A stretch of 64,000 nucleotides of DNA from Lama glama (Eukaryota): assembly GCA_028534125.1 (NCBI GenBank), contig CM052816.1, positions 20,090,001 to 20,154,000 on the forward strand, written 5' to 3'. A program made the position numbers and the translations under genes. Positions within the stretch are counted from its first letter, which is position 1; every line of letters begins with the position of its first letter. The notes below the pieces were generated by a model. It was not told the origin of the DNA, made no database searches, and saw only the letters and a list, made by a program, of their open reading frames with translations. Of this stretch, positions 1 to 13,835 are shown piece after piece.

Positions 1-290
1 TCTTCTGTCCCACCTGGTCCTGCTCCATCCACAGACCACACAGCAACCAGAGCCCTCCTTTTTAGACACTTGAGGGACCACATCACAAATGGACCTTCTT
101 TGCTTACTATCCTTGTGAACCTTGTGTGGAAACTCTAAAGTTCCTACTGAGGCCTACAAGGCCCATCTCTCAGAACTTACCCCTGCTCCCAGGGTGTTCT
201 CTGGGGGCTGTGGATACTCAGACACTTGGGGTTCCCTAAGCAAGCCTTAATCTTCCTGGCCCCCTGGGCTTTGCATGATGCTCTGAATAG
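1..290 (+). mobile_element. L2 LINE fragment (ancient)
   Basis: Degenerate match to the recalled L2 3' region (cacacagcaaccagag...ctttttagacac...gaggcctacaaggccc); boundaries approximate. Confidence 0.5.
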
Positions 291-1719
291 GCCCCTACCT
301 GCGCCAAGACCTCTCACCCTCCAGCCGAATCCCCCCTCCCCATTCTCTTTCACCTTTCCTGAGGAATTGCCCTAGTTGATTTCCCTCCTGTGCATGTGTG
401 TGTAACTTGGTTTTGCATGTGTCACCCACATATATTTCCAGCTTCTGAGGGCAGGGGTCTGATTTGGCTCTATGTCTGCGGGCCAACCCAGCCCTGTCTG
501 GTCAAGGAGGATCCCACATGGAGCAGGGGCTTGGCAGGTGTGTGCTGGAACAGCCATCTCTCTGTGCTCTTCATAGACTCAGGGGATCTGACTTGGGTCA
601 GGAAGCAGCTGGTATATAGCAGGGACTCCCCACCTCTCTCTGCCCCCCAGGGCTCCTAATGCAGCTTGCTTTATAAGGGACATGTCCTGTGGCATTGATA
701 GTTAGGGGTAAGGCCAAAGGGGACGGGTCTCTTTCCGGAGGGAACTTCTATGGACATTGAATGCCTTTCGTGTCCTTCTCTGGCTTTAGCTGGAGATCTG
801 ACCTGTGTCCAAGGCTGGAACATTCAGCCAACAACATTCCATTTTTATTGAGCTCTGAAGTATTCAATATTCCTGGACTCCTGGAGAAATGGGCCTCCCT
901 GGACTGGATGGAGGCTGGGAAGGCAAAAGGAAGTTCCTAGCTCTTTTCTGTGGCTATTGTGAGGATTAATGAGTGAATATACATAAAGCTCTTAAACAGA
1001 GAGAGACACACAGTTAGTGCTATATATGTGAGTCTTGAAGATGATGGTGATGACGAAGGTCCGTGGGCATCGCAGCATCACAGCATCGCAGGAAGTGCAC
1101 AGATCCCACTGCACAGTGGGGCTGGGCCAGAGACTCCTCTTTTATGAGGGCTAAGTTCTGGTAGGGGAAAGGCTGCTTCTGGCACATTCCAGATGCTCCA
1201 TAAGAATTTATTGAAAGAAGTTAAGTTTTTGGTTTTTTGGACCAGGTGAAGTGAAGTTTTTTCCTGTGCCAGGGAAGGAAGACTTTGCTAGGCAATTGAG
1301 AGTAAGGAGGTTTAAGGATGAAGGTTTAATCTCTTAAAAGAGGAAACATTTTAAGTGCTTACAAGGACAGTGCTACTTAGTAATAATTATTTTCTGGTCA
1401 CTAAGTCGTATCTTCCCCCAGAACGGGGCCAAATTGGACAAAGAGTGGGCAATCTGCATTTGAAAACAACCTGATACAGCTTCCATAGGGTCAGGTTGTT
1501 GTCTCTGCTGCCTCTTCAGCCTCCTGCTCCTAATGGCCCTGGGTCCTTGGATGGGATGATGCCCCCTGGAGGGCATTTGGCCCAGCCCCCTGCCCCTGAC
1601 CAGGTGCACATGGCCACCACGGAGGGAGGGCCATGTCCTGAACTCTTTGCAGGCTGCTGTGCTGTAAGAGCTCTCAGACTGGGCCTGGAGTCCCTCCCAC
1701 ACAGACCCTCCTCAGACCT

Positions 1720-2220
1720 GAATCCACTGGGGACCAGGTTGTGCTGGGTTCTGGGTGCTGGGGAGACAGCAGTGAGCAAAGGTGACTCAGCCCTGCCCGC
1801 ATGGAGCTCAGGGGCCAGGAGGGGAGATGGGGAGACAGACATTGCACAAACATGAGCCATATATAAACATATCATTGTAACATGTGCCACGTACAAAAGG
1901 AAGTGTCCGAGATGAAAGTGAGGGCTGACCTCAGCAGGAAACAACCTGGTCTCAGGGACTCAGGAAGGCGTCCCCAAGAAGTGAGGGTTCAGCAGAGACC
2001 TGAAGCGAGCATCGGAGTTACCTTGGTGAGTGGGATTTTGGGGAGAGAGCATTGCAGGCCTGGGAACACTGTGTGAGAAGGTCCTGGGGCCTGTTGAAAG
2101 AGGCAGGAGGAGCTGCACAGTTGAGTGAGGTTACAGGGGATATGGAGGAGAGGCACAGACCCACCCATGATGGCGCCGCATCCTCTGTCTAGGTTTCCAT
2201 GGGAAATGAGCCTTGGATGG
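1720..2220 (-). mobile_element. L2 LINE fragment
   Basis: gtgctgggttctgggtgctggggagacagcagtgagcaaa...ccctgcccgcatggagctca resembles the antisense L2 3' end. Confidence 0.6.
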
Positions 2221-3269
2221 TGGACATTTTCACAGCATATGTGAGGACTGTCTAATGCCAAATATCTGCACACCCACTTGGATTTCCCTCCATCAGCCCG
2301 AGGTTCCTTGCAGGGTGGGGTAAACATTGTTCTTCTCTAGATTTCTTTTTAAACTCCAAGTACTCTTGGCAAAGGAGAGCCAGTGGTCCTCCCACTGCTG
2401 AGTGACTGGGATGGGTTTGAGGGAACCAGGAGGGAAAAGGCCTGGGAGGGAGTGAGGCTGCTAGAGACAGCTTATAGGTTAGGTTGACCTGGCCTGACCA
2501 GCAGCCCCCTGGGCAACAAAATTTCCTGCCTTCCACTTGCACTATTCAGCACTTCCTCGCTCTGTTTGTGAGCGGGGTGGGAGTCAGGAGCCAGAGTCCC
2601 ATCCAAGCTCTGTGCTCATGCCAGCTTGCAGGACCCCCCACTTCAGCATGCTTTCTCAGGTTAACTTCCTTTATCAAATTAGAGTAATTTTGAAGTTTTT
2701 GTTCACTCTTTAAAATTGACTTAATGATGTAAGTCATACAGATATTGAAAAAAGAAAATAAACAGCATGGTCAGAACTAGAGTTCTCCCATCCCAGTCCT
2801 CTACCTGAGGGTGGGTATCAGGTGGCTGGTTCTTTTGGTCTTTTTTCAGTGCATTTTCATGTATGTATATGTAGATACAAAGAGACAGTTTTGTTTGATG
2901 TATTTTTTCAAACATAAATCTGAGTTCTATGTATTATTTAGCAACTTCCTTTTTCACTTAATGGTCCTTCTTGGAAATCTTTGCACATGAATGTATGCAG
3001 TCCCACAATGTCCCTTTTTAATGACTGCATAGTCTTCCCAACTGTATATTCCTGTAGGTTATTTATCCATTCTCTCACTGATGAACAGTCATTCATATTG
3101 TTTCCAGATTGTCACCATTACAAACAGTACCATCACAAGCAAATAAATCCTTGTATGTGACTTTCAGTCTAGCTCAATGCAAAGGTAGCTTATCTTAACT
3201 CATGATGAGATCTCTGTTGGAGGAGGTATTCAAGTAAAAAGTGAAATAACATGTCTTCCTCAGCACAGA

Positions 3270-3445
3270 ACAGTGATGCGTAAACTTGATTGTGCATGAG
3301 AATCACCTGGAGAGCTTCTTAAGCTACAGATTGCTGGGCCAAACCCCTGGAGTTTCTGATTCAGGAAGTTTTGGATGGGTCTGAGAATTTGTATTTTGAA
3401 CAAATTCTGCTGCTGGTTCAGGACCCCTACTTGGAGAATCACTGC
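3270..3445. mobile_element. MER5A-like hAT-Charlie DNA transposon (MITE)
   Basis: cagtgat...gaatcacctggagagctt...ctggagtttctgattcag...ttggagaatcactg, with terminal inverted cagtg/cactg. Confidence 0.75.
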
Positions 3446-4759
3446 CTCAGGGTGTTAGCTACTCAGCCTCCACTTGCTTACTTGAATAATGACCTCACCG
3501 TTGGGAGGCAGTGTTCAGGGAGAACTCACCCTGGGTCCCTCCCACTACTGAGAAGTGGGTTTTCTAACTGGCAGCCCTCAGGGAGGCAGGGCCCTTCAGG
3601 GCTCTGGTAATGGTTCCAGAGGTCTGGCTAGCAAGGCTGTCGGGCAGATTTTCCAGCTGGTACAGAAGCCCAGGGCCTCTTGACTAGACACAGCCAGCAG
3701 CACCAGTCTTTTCTGGGCACCAACCTCCCCACTCCTGACCCCACCCCATTTTTCCCAGTGGAGCCTAATGAAGAGCTGAGCCTGGTAGTGAGCTGTTTAC
3801 ACAGCGTGATTGGAAAGTGCTCTGGGGTTTTCATAAAAGAAACAACAGGAGACCACATCCCCAAAGAAGGTCTTCTAAAGGTCTTGAGGTTTCAGGACCC
3901 TGAGGCGCTCTTTGTTTCCAGCTGGACTGCAGGAGGTCACACTGGGGTTCGGGGAGAGCCTTTCTGGGGTGGGGGTGGGGGTACCGGGAATCTGGACTCT
4001 AGGAACTAAAAGGCATCCCCCTTCCCAGACCTTCCTTTGACAGGGTAACTTCTGCACCTAAGAATGGTCAAGTTGCAGGCTGAGGATCAGACCCCAATGG
4101 GCATTTGGCCTGAACCTCCACCCAGAGCTCACCAGGTCCCTGCCCTTTGACACCCCCCACCCCAGTGTGCTGTCCATAAACATCAACAGCCTGAATCATC
4201 AGAATTACGCTTCCTCTGGACAGCTGGCTCCTATGTTTGCTGGAGGTAACAGAAGGGAGGAAGGAGGATGCCTTAGCCGCCAAGTCACAAGGGATGGGAT
4301 GGGAGCACCTTTGGAGATCAGGATAGCTGCTCCAGGCCCCTCTCCTTCGTGGGGACAAATTTTAGACCCCGTTGTAATCCCAGGTAGGAATGTCCTTTGA
4401 GGCAGGTTGCTGTGCCTGTGTGTGTCTCTCTCTCTTAGGTTATGTCTAAAGTCTTAAATGTCCTATCTGATGTGTTCATGCTGGTAACCCCTGCATCTAG
4501 CACCTGGTAAGAGCCTAACAGACCCTTCTGAATAAATGAACAAACAAATATCTTAGAAGGTGTAGGCAAAATGGATTCAGGCTGCTCATCCCTCAGAAGT
4601 GGGGCTAGACCCTAAGGCTAGACCCTATTCAGCTATTTGAGCCCGTTCTGCACCACAGCAGCTGTGCGAGGTGTAGGTCCCACCACAGGAACAAGCTCTG
4701 TGCAACCTCAGCTGTGAAAGGGGCCGTGGGGAAACTCTGCCTCCTATGCAGGACTTATC

Positions 4760-5750
4760 CCGGGACAGGCCAGCCGCGGGGCAGAGTGTGGAGAGGGGGG
4801 CTAGCTTCCCCCTTCCCGCGTCAGAGGGGATGGAATGATCTCTGAGTCCGGCCAGGGTCCGGCCATGCGCCCTCAGGGCAAGGTCAGGCTGTCCAGGGTC
4901 GTCGCCACTCCCCCCCCACCCCCCCACCCCCCGGTCGCCTTCTCTCGCCAACTCAGCAGTAATACTGGAACTGAGGGGTAGGGAGGGAGAGACTTTTAAT
5001 CCTTTCAGACTCAAAACTTAACTTCTCATTTCTCTCAAGACACCCGCTTCTAACCCAAAAAGCGAAAGCGAGGCTGGGGGAATTCTGCTCGGTGGAAAGG
5101 CTCAGGGTGTTACTTTTGGTGTGGGTGGGGCTGGTCTTCGGCGTTCACAACCCATTCCTCGGACCAAAAGTGCCCCAGGCTGGGGGCGCCAAGGGTCTGC
5201 TGGGGGGGGGTCTCCTGGGGGGAGCTGAGGCGGAGCCGCAGAGCCCCCCCCCCCCCGCAGAGCGTGGCTTGGCTCGGCCCCGCCGCGCCTCCCGGCCCCT
5301 TGGAAGAAGCGCAGCCCCTGGAGGCTTCCGTTTGAGGGCCTGGGAACCGGGCCCTTCCTCAGCCCGCCCCAACGGAGCGCTTTGAAGTGGCCGGGTTCCC
5401 AGCCCCCGTCCCCAGCGCGGCGCCTCCCCTGCTGCGCCCGCACCTTGGCAGTGGCCGAGCTTTTTATGAAAATGGGCCCCGTGGTACCCGCTGGGCGCTC
5501 TTTGTAAATTCATCCCCGGGAAGGCCTGGCCAGAGGCTGCTCCTAGAGAATTCGCCTCCCGGGTCCCACGGCCGAGGTGTCTAGGCTTAGCTTCCCCCAA
5601 CATCTCTCTTTCGAGGTTGGAGACCTCCTCCCGACCAAAGGTGGGACAGTCAGAGGCCCCACAGGTTCCCCTGCGGGCTGGGCCGGACCTAAGCACTGAA
5701 GAGTTGGCCGAGGGGAGGAGAGCCAGGGATGCGCTCACCGACGAGTTTTC
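4760..5750. promoter_or_regulatory. Orphan CpG island (candidate enhancer or alternative promoter)
   Basis: High GC and dense CpG, GC-box-like ccccgcc/cccgccc motifs, long G and C runs at 5201-5256; no credible coding exon nearby. Confidence 0.65.
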
Positions 5751-8239
5751 AATGAAATTCCAACCGGCTATTTGGCAACATTATTTGTACCAGTGCTGGA
5801 AAACTATGCAGACCTTTGATCCAGCAACTCCGTTGCTGCTAAGAAAATAATCGTAGTTATGTGCAAAGACGTTTGTACATACAATATACTGGAGCGTGGT
5901 TTATAAAAGGAAAATTGTGAACATATTCAGCAGTGGGGATTGCTTCTACTCGCTAATGGACTAGTTTAGCACGGGCCAGGTACCGTTGGAGGAAATCCAT
6001 GACTTCAGATCCTTAGCAATGATAATATAGAATATTTACTACTAAAAACAATGCTCTTGATGTTATATTAAGACAAGTATAGTACATACGTGTAAGGGAA
6101 AAAGACTGGAAGATATGGTTTTCCTTGGGTGCTGAGATAAAGGATGACTCATTGTCTTAGGCTTTTCTGAAATTTATTATACTTTATACTATAATCATGT
6201 CTTTTAAAATGAATTTTATTGAAGTAAAACTTCAGTTCTAAGAATTTAAAACAAAATTTTGCCAGGCTTCTCAATAATTTCTGAATTTGAATAGCATGCC
6301 ACAAGACTCACAGCACTTTAACATACTTTTCTCTTTTGTTTTTGAAACAGGCAGGCCCCCAGCCTGAGGGGTGGGTGGGCAATTATTATTATCCCCATTT
6401 CAGAGATGTGAAGACTGGTGCCTTGGCACGTGATAGATGGCTTGTAGGTAGGAGCAGAGCAGGGCCAACACTGGTCCTTCCGAAGCACAGAGCTCTTGCT
6501 AGTTTGCAGAGTGTGTATGGAGTCATGGAGTGGAAGATGGGAAGGGAGTGGTGTGCAGAGCGGAGCCTCCTACACAAGCTCCCTGGGACTCTGTCTGCTG
6601 CAGGCCAGATGTCCCTTCAGGGTGTGGCCTGGACTCAGGCATTCTTGGCCTCCTTGATTCCACCAGCATGCAACACCTGCCCTGGCCCTGCCCCCAAATT
6701 GCAACTCAAACCCTTAATGGTAAAGAGATAAGTGTTAGAAATGTTAGAAAACAGAACATGACCCCCAGGCTATTGTCTCCAGAGATCCTGGGTCTGGTTT
6801 TTTTCACCCTCCTTTTCTCTCTGATGCTGCTCAGGAGCCCTGAGGTGATGGGAGTTTCTACATGCCTTGGACTTCTCCTACATTCACCTTTCTTCCCCAG
6901 AGCTGGTGATTAGTTAGATGTGGGAGTCCCTCCACCTTTGTGTGATCATCCTCTACCCCCAGCAGTACATTCATGGCTGATCCCTCATGTGGTTAAGAAC
7001 AGTCCTGAATTCTCAGGGCATGGATGGTGGGGGAGAAGTGCTGAGGAGAGCTCTGCTGTCTTGGGATGTATTCAGAGGGTTGGAGCCCAGCTGAAATGGT
7101 TACTGTGATTGAAATGGGCCCTCTGTCTTCCCCATAAGGTTTAGAGACTACTAAAAAAATTTCCCTTTTCTCTAGTTAGCTTTGCTGATCTTTTGATGTT
7201 CTTGTTTCTAACTTGGCAGTTTATTACTCTAAGTCATTCTACGCTTCTGATTTCTTTAACATTCATCTTTGTTTTCCTCTGAATGCACAGTAAAACCTGG
7301 GGGGTGGCTGTGTGGGTGGGAGTTTTGCTGGGGCCCCCTGGAGGGTATGGCTACTAAGTAAAATTTGGTTTTTTCTAACTACACACAAAAATTACTTCCC
7401 AGAGAACTTTTTTCTGTTCTAAATTCACTTTAGACAATTGTACCAATTCAACATAGGGATTTTTTAAAAGATTGAAAATAAATGAGAAAAGGAGACTAAG
7501 ATACACAGAGGACAGAAAAGCAGGTCCAACACCTCTAATGTGAATTTCAGAAGAGGACAATGGAGGGAATGGGAAAGAAGCAACACTCAAGAGCTGGCAA
7601 CTACTAATTTTCCAGAATTGACAGCTATGCCAACCCTCCCACTGAAGAGGCACAGTGATTTCTGGGCAGAGAAAATATGAATTGCTCTACACTATGCCGC
7701 ATTGTAGTGAAACTTCATGACACCAAAGATAATGAGAAAATCCTAAGAGAAACCACAGAAAAAAGAAAAATTACCTACAGAGAAATAACTAAACAGCAAC
7801 AAAGGAGGTGAGAATACTATCTTCAGAGTGCCGAGTGCCGAGGGAAGAGAATGCTCACCCTCAGATTCTACACTGAGCTGTTCAAGAAGGAGGGCAAAAT
7901 ACATTTCAAATAAAAAAGGCCTGAGAAAGATTTTCACTTACATGTCTTCAATGAAAGAACTTCTATAGGATGTTCCTCAGGAAGAAAGAAATTAAACCCC
8001 GAAGGAAGGAGTGGATGAAAGAAGCAACGCTGAGAAAATAAATGGACACTGTGGGTAAATCTAAATAAGCCTTGCAGGTAAAAAGCAACAACTGTAATAT
8101 TGGCAACTGATTGTGGAGGGGTTAAAAACAAGGGAAGAAGTAGTAGACGATGATTAATATGATAAAAGGAGGTATTTGGAGTCAGCGTTCTGATGATGAT
8201 TTCCAGGTTAGAATAAAACAAAAACAAAAATGAAATAAT

Positions 8240-8396
8240 CAGAGCCACACTCATCTACTACATCTTGCCTCTATCTGCGGTGTAATCACAGTACAATTGC
8301 TGGAGTTGAATAGTTGCAATAGAGGCTGAATGGCCTGCAAAATAAATGATAATCACTGCTTGACCCTTTACAGGGAGAAAGTGTGATGACCCCTGA
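8240..8396. mobile_element. MER58-like DNA transposon fragment inside L1
   Basis: gagttgaatagttgcaatagag...tggcctgcaaa...ccctttacag...gacccctg matches the recalled MER58 3' half. Confidence 0.6.
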
Positions 8397-9152
8397 ATTA
8401 GGTCATAAAGCAAATTTTAACAAAAGTCAAAGAATAACATACTGGCTATATTCTCTGATCTTAATGAAATAAAATGAGAAGTCAAAATCAAAGAGATAGC
8501 CAAAATAAACTCATTATATTTGGGAGTGTGTCTAAAGGATTCATAGGGAAAAGAGGAAATCGTAAAGGAAATTATGAAATATTTGGAAGTGCAGGATATT
8601 GAAACACAATATAAGAAAATTTGTGGAAATCAGGTAGAGCAATGATTAGAGAGAAACTTATAGCTTTTAAAATATATGTTAGAAAAAGACTAAAAATTAG
8701 TAAGTTGAGTGTATCTAACTCAAGAATTAGAAAAAGAATAATAGAATAACCTGAAGAACATAGTGAAAAGGAAATAGGAAGGGAAACAAGTAGAATAAAA
8801 AACAAACAATAGAGAGAGAAACAGAAACAAAAGTTAGATCTTTGACAAGACCAAGACAAACCTCTGGCAAGATGGACCAACAAGAAAAAAAAAGAGAGAG
8901 AGAGAGAAAAGGAACAAATAACAATAGATTAGTTTACTAAATTAACTTATTAAATGATTTAATTTAAAATAATTAAAAAGTGAATGTGCTAAAAGATACT
9001 GTAGAGATTTCTTTTTAATTAGGAGAGAATATTACAAGCAGCTTAATGCCGATGAATTCAAAATTTCAAAAGAAATGGGTAATTTTCTGGAAACATGCAA
9101 ATGTCCAAAACTGATTCAAGAAGTTATAGAAAAACAGCAGTTCTCTATCCTT

Positions 9153-9655
9153 TGTATCAGTTACTTTTTGCTGAGTAACAAAACCACCATAAAACATAGT
9201 GTCTTAAAAGAATAACCCTTTTATTTGCTCATGATTCTGTGGGTCAGCAGGTTAGCCAGACATTGTTGTAAGAAGAGGTCTTCTGCAGGTCTCACCCTGG
9301 GTCACTCAGGCAGTGGCAGCTGTCTGGCAGCTCTGCTGGGTCTAAATGGTCCAGGATGGCCTCCCTTAGATGTCAGGTAGATGATATTGGCTGTCAGCTG
9401 AGTCACACGTCTCCATCAGGCTATTCGTGCTTCTCATATTAGCAGAAGGATTCCTGGCAAGCAGCAGAATGGGCAAGCCCCAGGGCACAATTATATTCAA
9501 GCCTCTGCTTGTGTCACATTTGCCAGTGTCTCACTGGCCAAATAATAACAAATCTTGGCCAAAGCAAGTCACTGAATCAATGTGGGAGGGGTTATACATC
9601 AGTAAGGAGACAGGGATAGGCATTCAATAGGGACTCGTTACTATAACAATGAACC
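9153..9655 (-). mobile_element. MLT1-family (ERVL-MaLR) solo LTR inside L1
   Basis: tgtatcagttac...gtaacaaaaccacc...tttatttgctcatgattctgtgggtcag is typical of antisense MLT1. Confidence 0.7.
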
Positions 9656-12600
9656 AAAACTGTTAAGTAAACATAAAATGCAAACTTCCCTAAATATAAT
9701 GTGGTTTTCCACGTTGGGTGCTGAAACGAAAAAAAGACATATTGGAAAACCTGGTGAAATCCAAATGAAGTCTGGAGTTTACTTAACAGTCAATGTTAGT
9801 TTCTTATTTTGACAAATGTACCATGGGTATGCCCTCATATTAGCATTAGGGGAAACTAGGTGAGAGGTGAGGGGGAACCCTCTTGGCTACTTTGCAAAAC
9901 TTTTCTTTCTAATCAAATCAAAAATTATTCCTAAATTCAAACTTTATTTAAAAACTAACAACAGCCCTCCAACATACTGACACACAATTGGCCCAGATAG
10001 TTTTATGAGTGGTTTTTGCCATATTATTCAAGGAACAGATATCCTCCCTTTTTAAAAAAAACTGTTTCAGAAAATTGAAAAAAAAAAGGGATGTCTTGTG
10101 ATTAACTTTATGAGGTTAATGTAATCTTGATATGCAAGCTGGTTAAGGACAATTTGAGAAAAGAAAATTATAGGCCAACTTCACTTATGAAGAGAAAGGC
10201 AAAAATCCTAAATGAAGTATTAGTGAACTGAATATATCTATAATTGACCCAGCAGGGATACAAGGACAGTTTAAAACAAGAAAACCCGAAGTAATTTACC
10301 AAATTAACAGAGTAAAGAAGAAAACTCATGTAATCATCTCAATAGATGCAAACAGAAAAAGCATTTGATAAAAATTTAACATCAGTCATTATAAAAACTC
10401 TTGGCCAACTCAGAACTGAAGGAAACTTTCTGAACCTGATAAAGGATGTCTGTCAATACCAACAGCAGACAATATCCTTGATGGGAAAATATTTGAAGCC
10501 TTTCCTTTAAAAATCATACATGGGAGAAGTCGACCTGCCATTGCTAATACCATTCAACATTGTACTACATGTTTCAGCCAGCAGAGTAAGACAAGAAAAA
10601 GAATAAAAATTTAAATGGAAGAAAAAAATTGCAATGTTATATGCAGATGACATGATTGTCTACACAAAAAATTCGGGGAAATATAGAGGCAAGCTGTTTG
10701 AACAAAGAAGAGTTCAGTAAGATGGTTGGATATAAGGTCAAGATGCAAACGGGATATAAGACATAATTGTCTCCAGGAGGAAAGATAGGGAACAGGATGG
10801 AGGATGGGCTTTACCAGATGTGTAATGTTTATTTCCTGAAAGACAAAAAGAGGGAGGACATCTGAAGCCAAAAATATATAATCTCATTTGTTAAATCTGG
10901 ATAGTGTGTACAAGTATGTTATATGGTTTTCTTTTTTTTCCCCCAAGATTTCTAATTTATTTATAAGAAATACATACTTATGGTTAAGTATTAAAATATC
11001 TTTTTTTGGTTTTCTTTCTTATAAGTATCTGTGTAATATACATAATACACATAGAATGATTTATGCAACAGATATGTGGTTTGTGAAGTACAATTTGAAA
11101 ATGAGCCCGTTGATCCCTCCAACACCATTTCCCTACCTGTGTCCCCCTTCCCCACCCCTTGTCTTTCAGCCCAGAAGGAATCCCTATCCTGAATGCTGCG
11201 CTGATAAATTCTTTGCTTTTTAAAAATGGAGTTTGATCTATCATATTATTTTCTGTACTTTTCCACGAGTTTGAAATGCTTCAAAAGTAAAAGAAAATAA
11301 AGCAAAATGTGTCGCATCTCCAAAAGGAAAATGATTATAGGAGAGAAATGTTTGGAAAGAGTACCCTGACTGGAAAGAGCTTTGGTTTCCTCATCTGTGT
11401 CCGCCTTACTGTTCATGCAACAGTACTTCCTGATTGAGCATCTCCCTGGTGCCAGGGATTGGGGCGCAGGCTCTTATCGTTGGGTGGGTAGTTCAGCACA
11501 GGCTGGGATGATATGTGTGAGATGCATCAGTCTGGTGGCTGGAGCACAGTTGCCACTCAGTATATGGGGGCCATTACTATGACTGGTTCTTAAGAAATGG
11601 CTCAGCTGCCAAGTTTTCAGCTGCCAAAGTATAGGGTCTGTCCCTCGTTAGTCCTGCCCTTGGCTTCACTGTGTGCAGTGCATGCCAGTTAGAGTCAGTA
11701 TTCAGCCTGTTCCATGCAGTTTTGGAGGCCAGCAGCCCAGCACGTAAACAAGTCATTACCAGCAGAGCCCACAGTGGGGCAACTTGGGCCCTGGAGGCTG
11801 CAGGGAGGCCTGTGGATTTCATGATCCAGAGAGTGAAGGCTGGAACCCTGGTAGGGGTATGATGGCTCCTGCAGGAGACACACAGTCTCCCTGGGCCTCT
11901 GCCCAAGGCTGGCTTTGGCCCTCACCCCTTGCAGCCTGTGCCTCTCTGCGTTACCTTCAGCCACACAATCATACATTTACAACAAAAGGAAACAAACAAG
12001 ACATCAAATGGGTAGCATTTAAGTTTGCTGCTGCTGAGAATCTGTTCTTGAACTGAAGGCATTTTGTGTGGGGGGCATGGTTGGGGTAGGGGGTGCAGGA
12101 TGTGTCTGGACTCACTATTCTAGAACAAAGGAATCACCTAGTTCTCCGAAAACTCTGGAAGCCCTTGTGTGCTAAAATGGCTTGGGGATGTGCCGATGTT
12201 CAGCACGCCTGGGGTGTCAGCTCCCACTTGTGACTGTGAGCAAGGCTGCTTAGGCACTGAGTGTGGGGCATGTCCTGAAGGGCAGGGGAGCCCCTCCCAG
12301 GGTCCAACACCCACTGCACGTGGCAGGAGCCCTGTCACTGGACTCTGGTAGTTTCGGTTGAAAGACGCAGGCTCTGAAACTCCACTGGGCTCTGACGCCA
12401 GCCAGTTTCCTCCTGGTCTGGAGCCGGGGAAGAACTGGGCCTGAGCATGTCTAAGCCTTCCGCCTGGGCTCACACCCCTGAAACTGGACTTGGCTCTGTG
12501 GCCTGGGAGCCTGCGAGCCTCACGTTGGCTGGTGGGGAGGGAAGCTGTAAGAGAGCCCAGCCTGCTGCTCCCATCAGGGCCTTTCTTTTCCCATCGCCCC

Positions 12601-13619
12601 AAGCCTAGAGTTCTGATGCTCCCTGCCAGCGTTGCCACCTCACAGGCTGGCAAAGCCTCGGACGGAAGGCTCATCATGTGTGAGTCATGGCCCATCTCAG
12701 ACCAGGGACCATGGGCAGTGCCGAGTCACGTGGGCTTGTCTCTTCTGCTGAGGAGTGCTGGGAGGGCCAGTCTGGGAGGCACTGGGGGGGAGTAGGGAAG
12801 CCCACCCTTGACTGCTGGGTGGCCTGGCCTCAACTCATGGGGAAAGGGTGAAGCAGGGAGCAGAGCCTGTCCACCGGGGCCACAGTCCCTGGAGAGAGGC
12901 TCTGTGAGATGCCTTTGGAGCCCAGGTCAGTGTTGCTCTGCCAGGGTCTGAGCCTGAAGAAGGCCCTGCCTCCTCAGACCCCTCAGGCCCTGGGACTCTG
13001 CTCCCTGTCGGCTCTGCCCGGAGCACACCTGGATGCTTGAGGCTGGTGCAGTGGGCGGTCTGCCCAAGGTCTCGCAGGAGGTCAGGGTCCCGGCCAGCCA
13101 GGGACAGCCAGGCTGCTGCCCTGGGGTCCTCCATCCACTTACTCAGCCTTCCTGTACCACTTACTTAGAAAACAAGGACAGAAGTGACAAAAGTGAGCAG
13201 CACCTTTTGATTTTTTTTTTCTCATCAGATTGGCAAAAAATTTAAAGGATGAATAATACCCAGCGTTGAAGAGAATGCAGGGAAACAGGTACTATTGTAT
13301 GAACATAGCAGAGAGCAAGGGGTCCCAGCCTGTTCCCGAAGGGCCGCTTAGCAGTATCTGTTACCACTTAAAAGACATGTGTACTTTTGACTCAGGAGTA
13401 CACTTCTGAGAACATTTCATATAGAAAAACTTACACAATAAGACAGAAGCATCTTGCTGTTCCAAATATGTCTACAGGGTAAGTAACAGAAAAAGTTATG
13501 TTCAGGAAAGTTCACTGCAGCTTTATTTGCAATTGTTGAAAAAAAAATCCTTAATGTCCATCATAGGGTGATGCAAATAAAGTAGACTGTGCTATTGAAT
13601 ACTCATAGCTGTCAAAAAG

Positions 13620-13718
13620 GAAGGTATAGCTCAGTGGCAGAGTGTGTGCTTAGCAGACATGAGGTCCTGGGTTCAATCCCCAGTACCTCCATTAAAAAAT
13701 TAATTAATTAATGAAAGT
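13620..13718 (+). mobile_element. tRNA-derived SINE (camelid Vic-1-like) inserted in an L1 3' end
   Basis: gtatagctcagtggcagag (A box)...gggttcaatccccagtacctcc (B box), AT-rich tail; AAAAAG duplicated at 13614-13619 and 13719-13724. Confidence 0.85.
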
Positions 13719-13835
13719 AAAAAGAATGAAGTAGACTTGTATGTACCAACTGATATGAAAGGATGTTCATGATATGCCATAAAGTGAAAAGAAGTCACAG
13801 AACCATGTGTTTTATATGATATTGTAAAACAAGCA

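Larger units (their letters stand above)
7470..10790 (+). mobile_element. Old L1M LINE fragments (ORF1/ORF2-derived), interrupted by nested elements
   Basis: A-rich sequence with L1 ORF2-like motifs (atcatctcaatagatgca...aaaagcatttgataaaa; tatgcagatgacatgattgtctac); no open frame. Confidence 0.8.

Noticed and set aside
5092..5850. Overlapping ORFs up to 197 aa in the upstream CpG island
   Set aside because: Low-complexity G/P/A/R-rich frames on both strands are expected from GC-rich DNA; no recognisable domain or exon structure.
13620..13690. tRNA-like sequences here and at 16160-16230, 53520-53575 and 63583-63655
   Set aside because: They have A/B boxes but also AT-rich tails, TSDs and no proper acceptor stem, so they are SINEs rather than tRNA genes.
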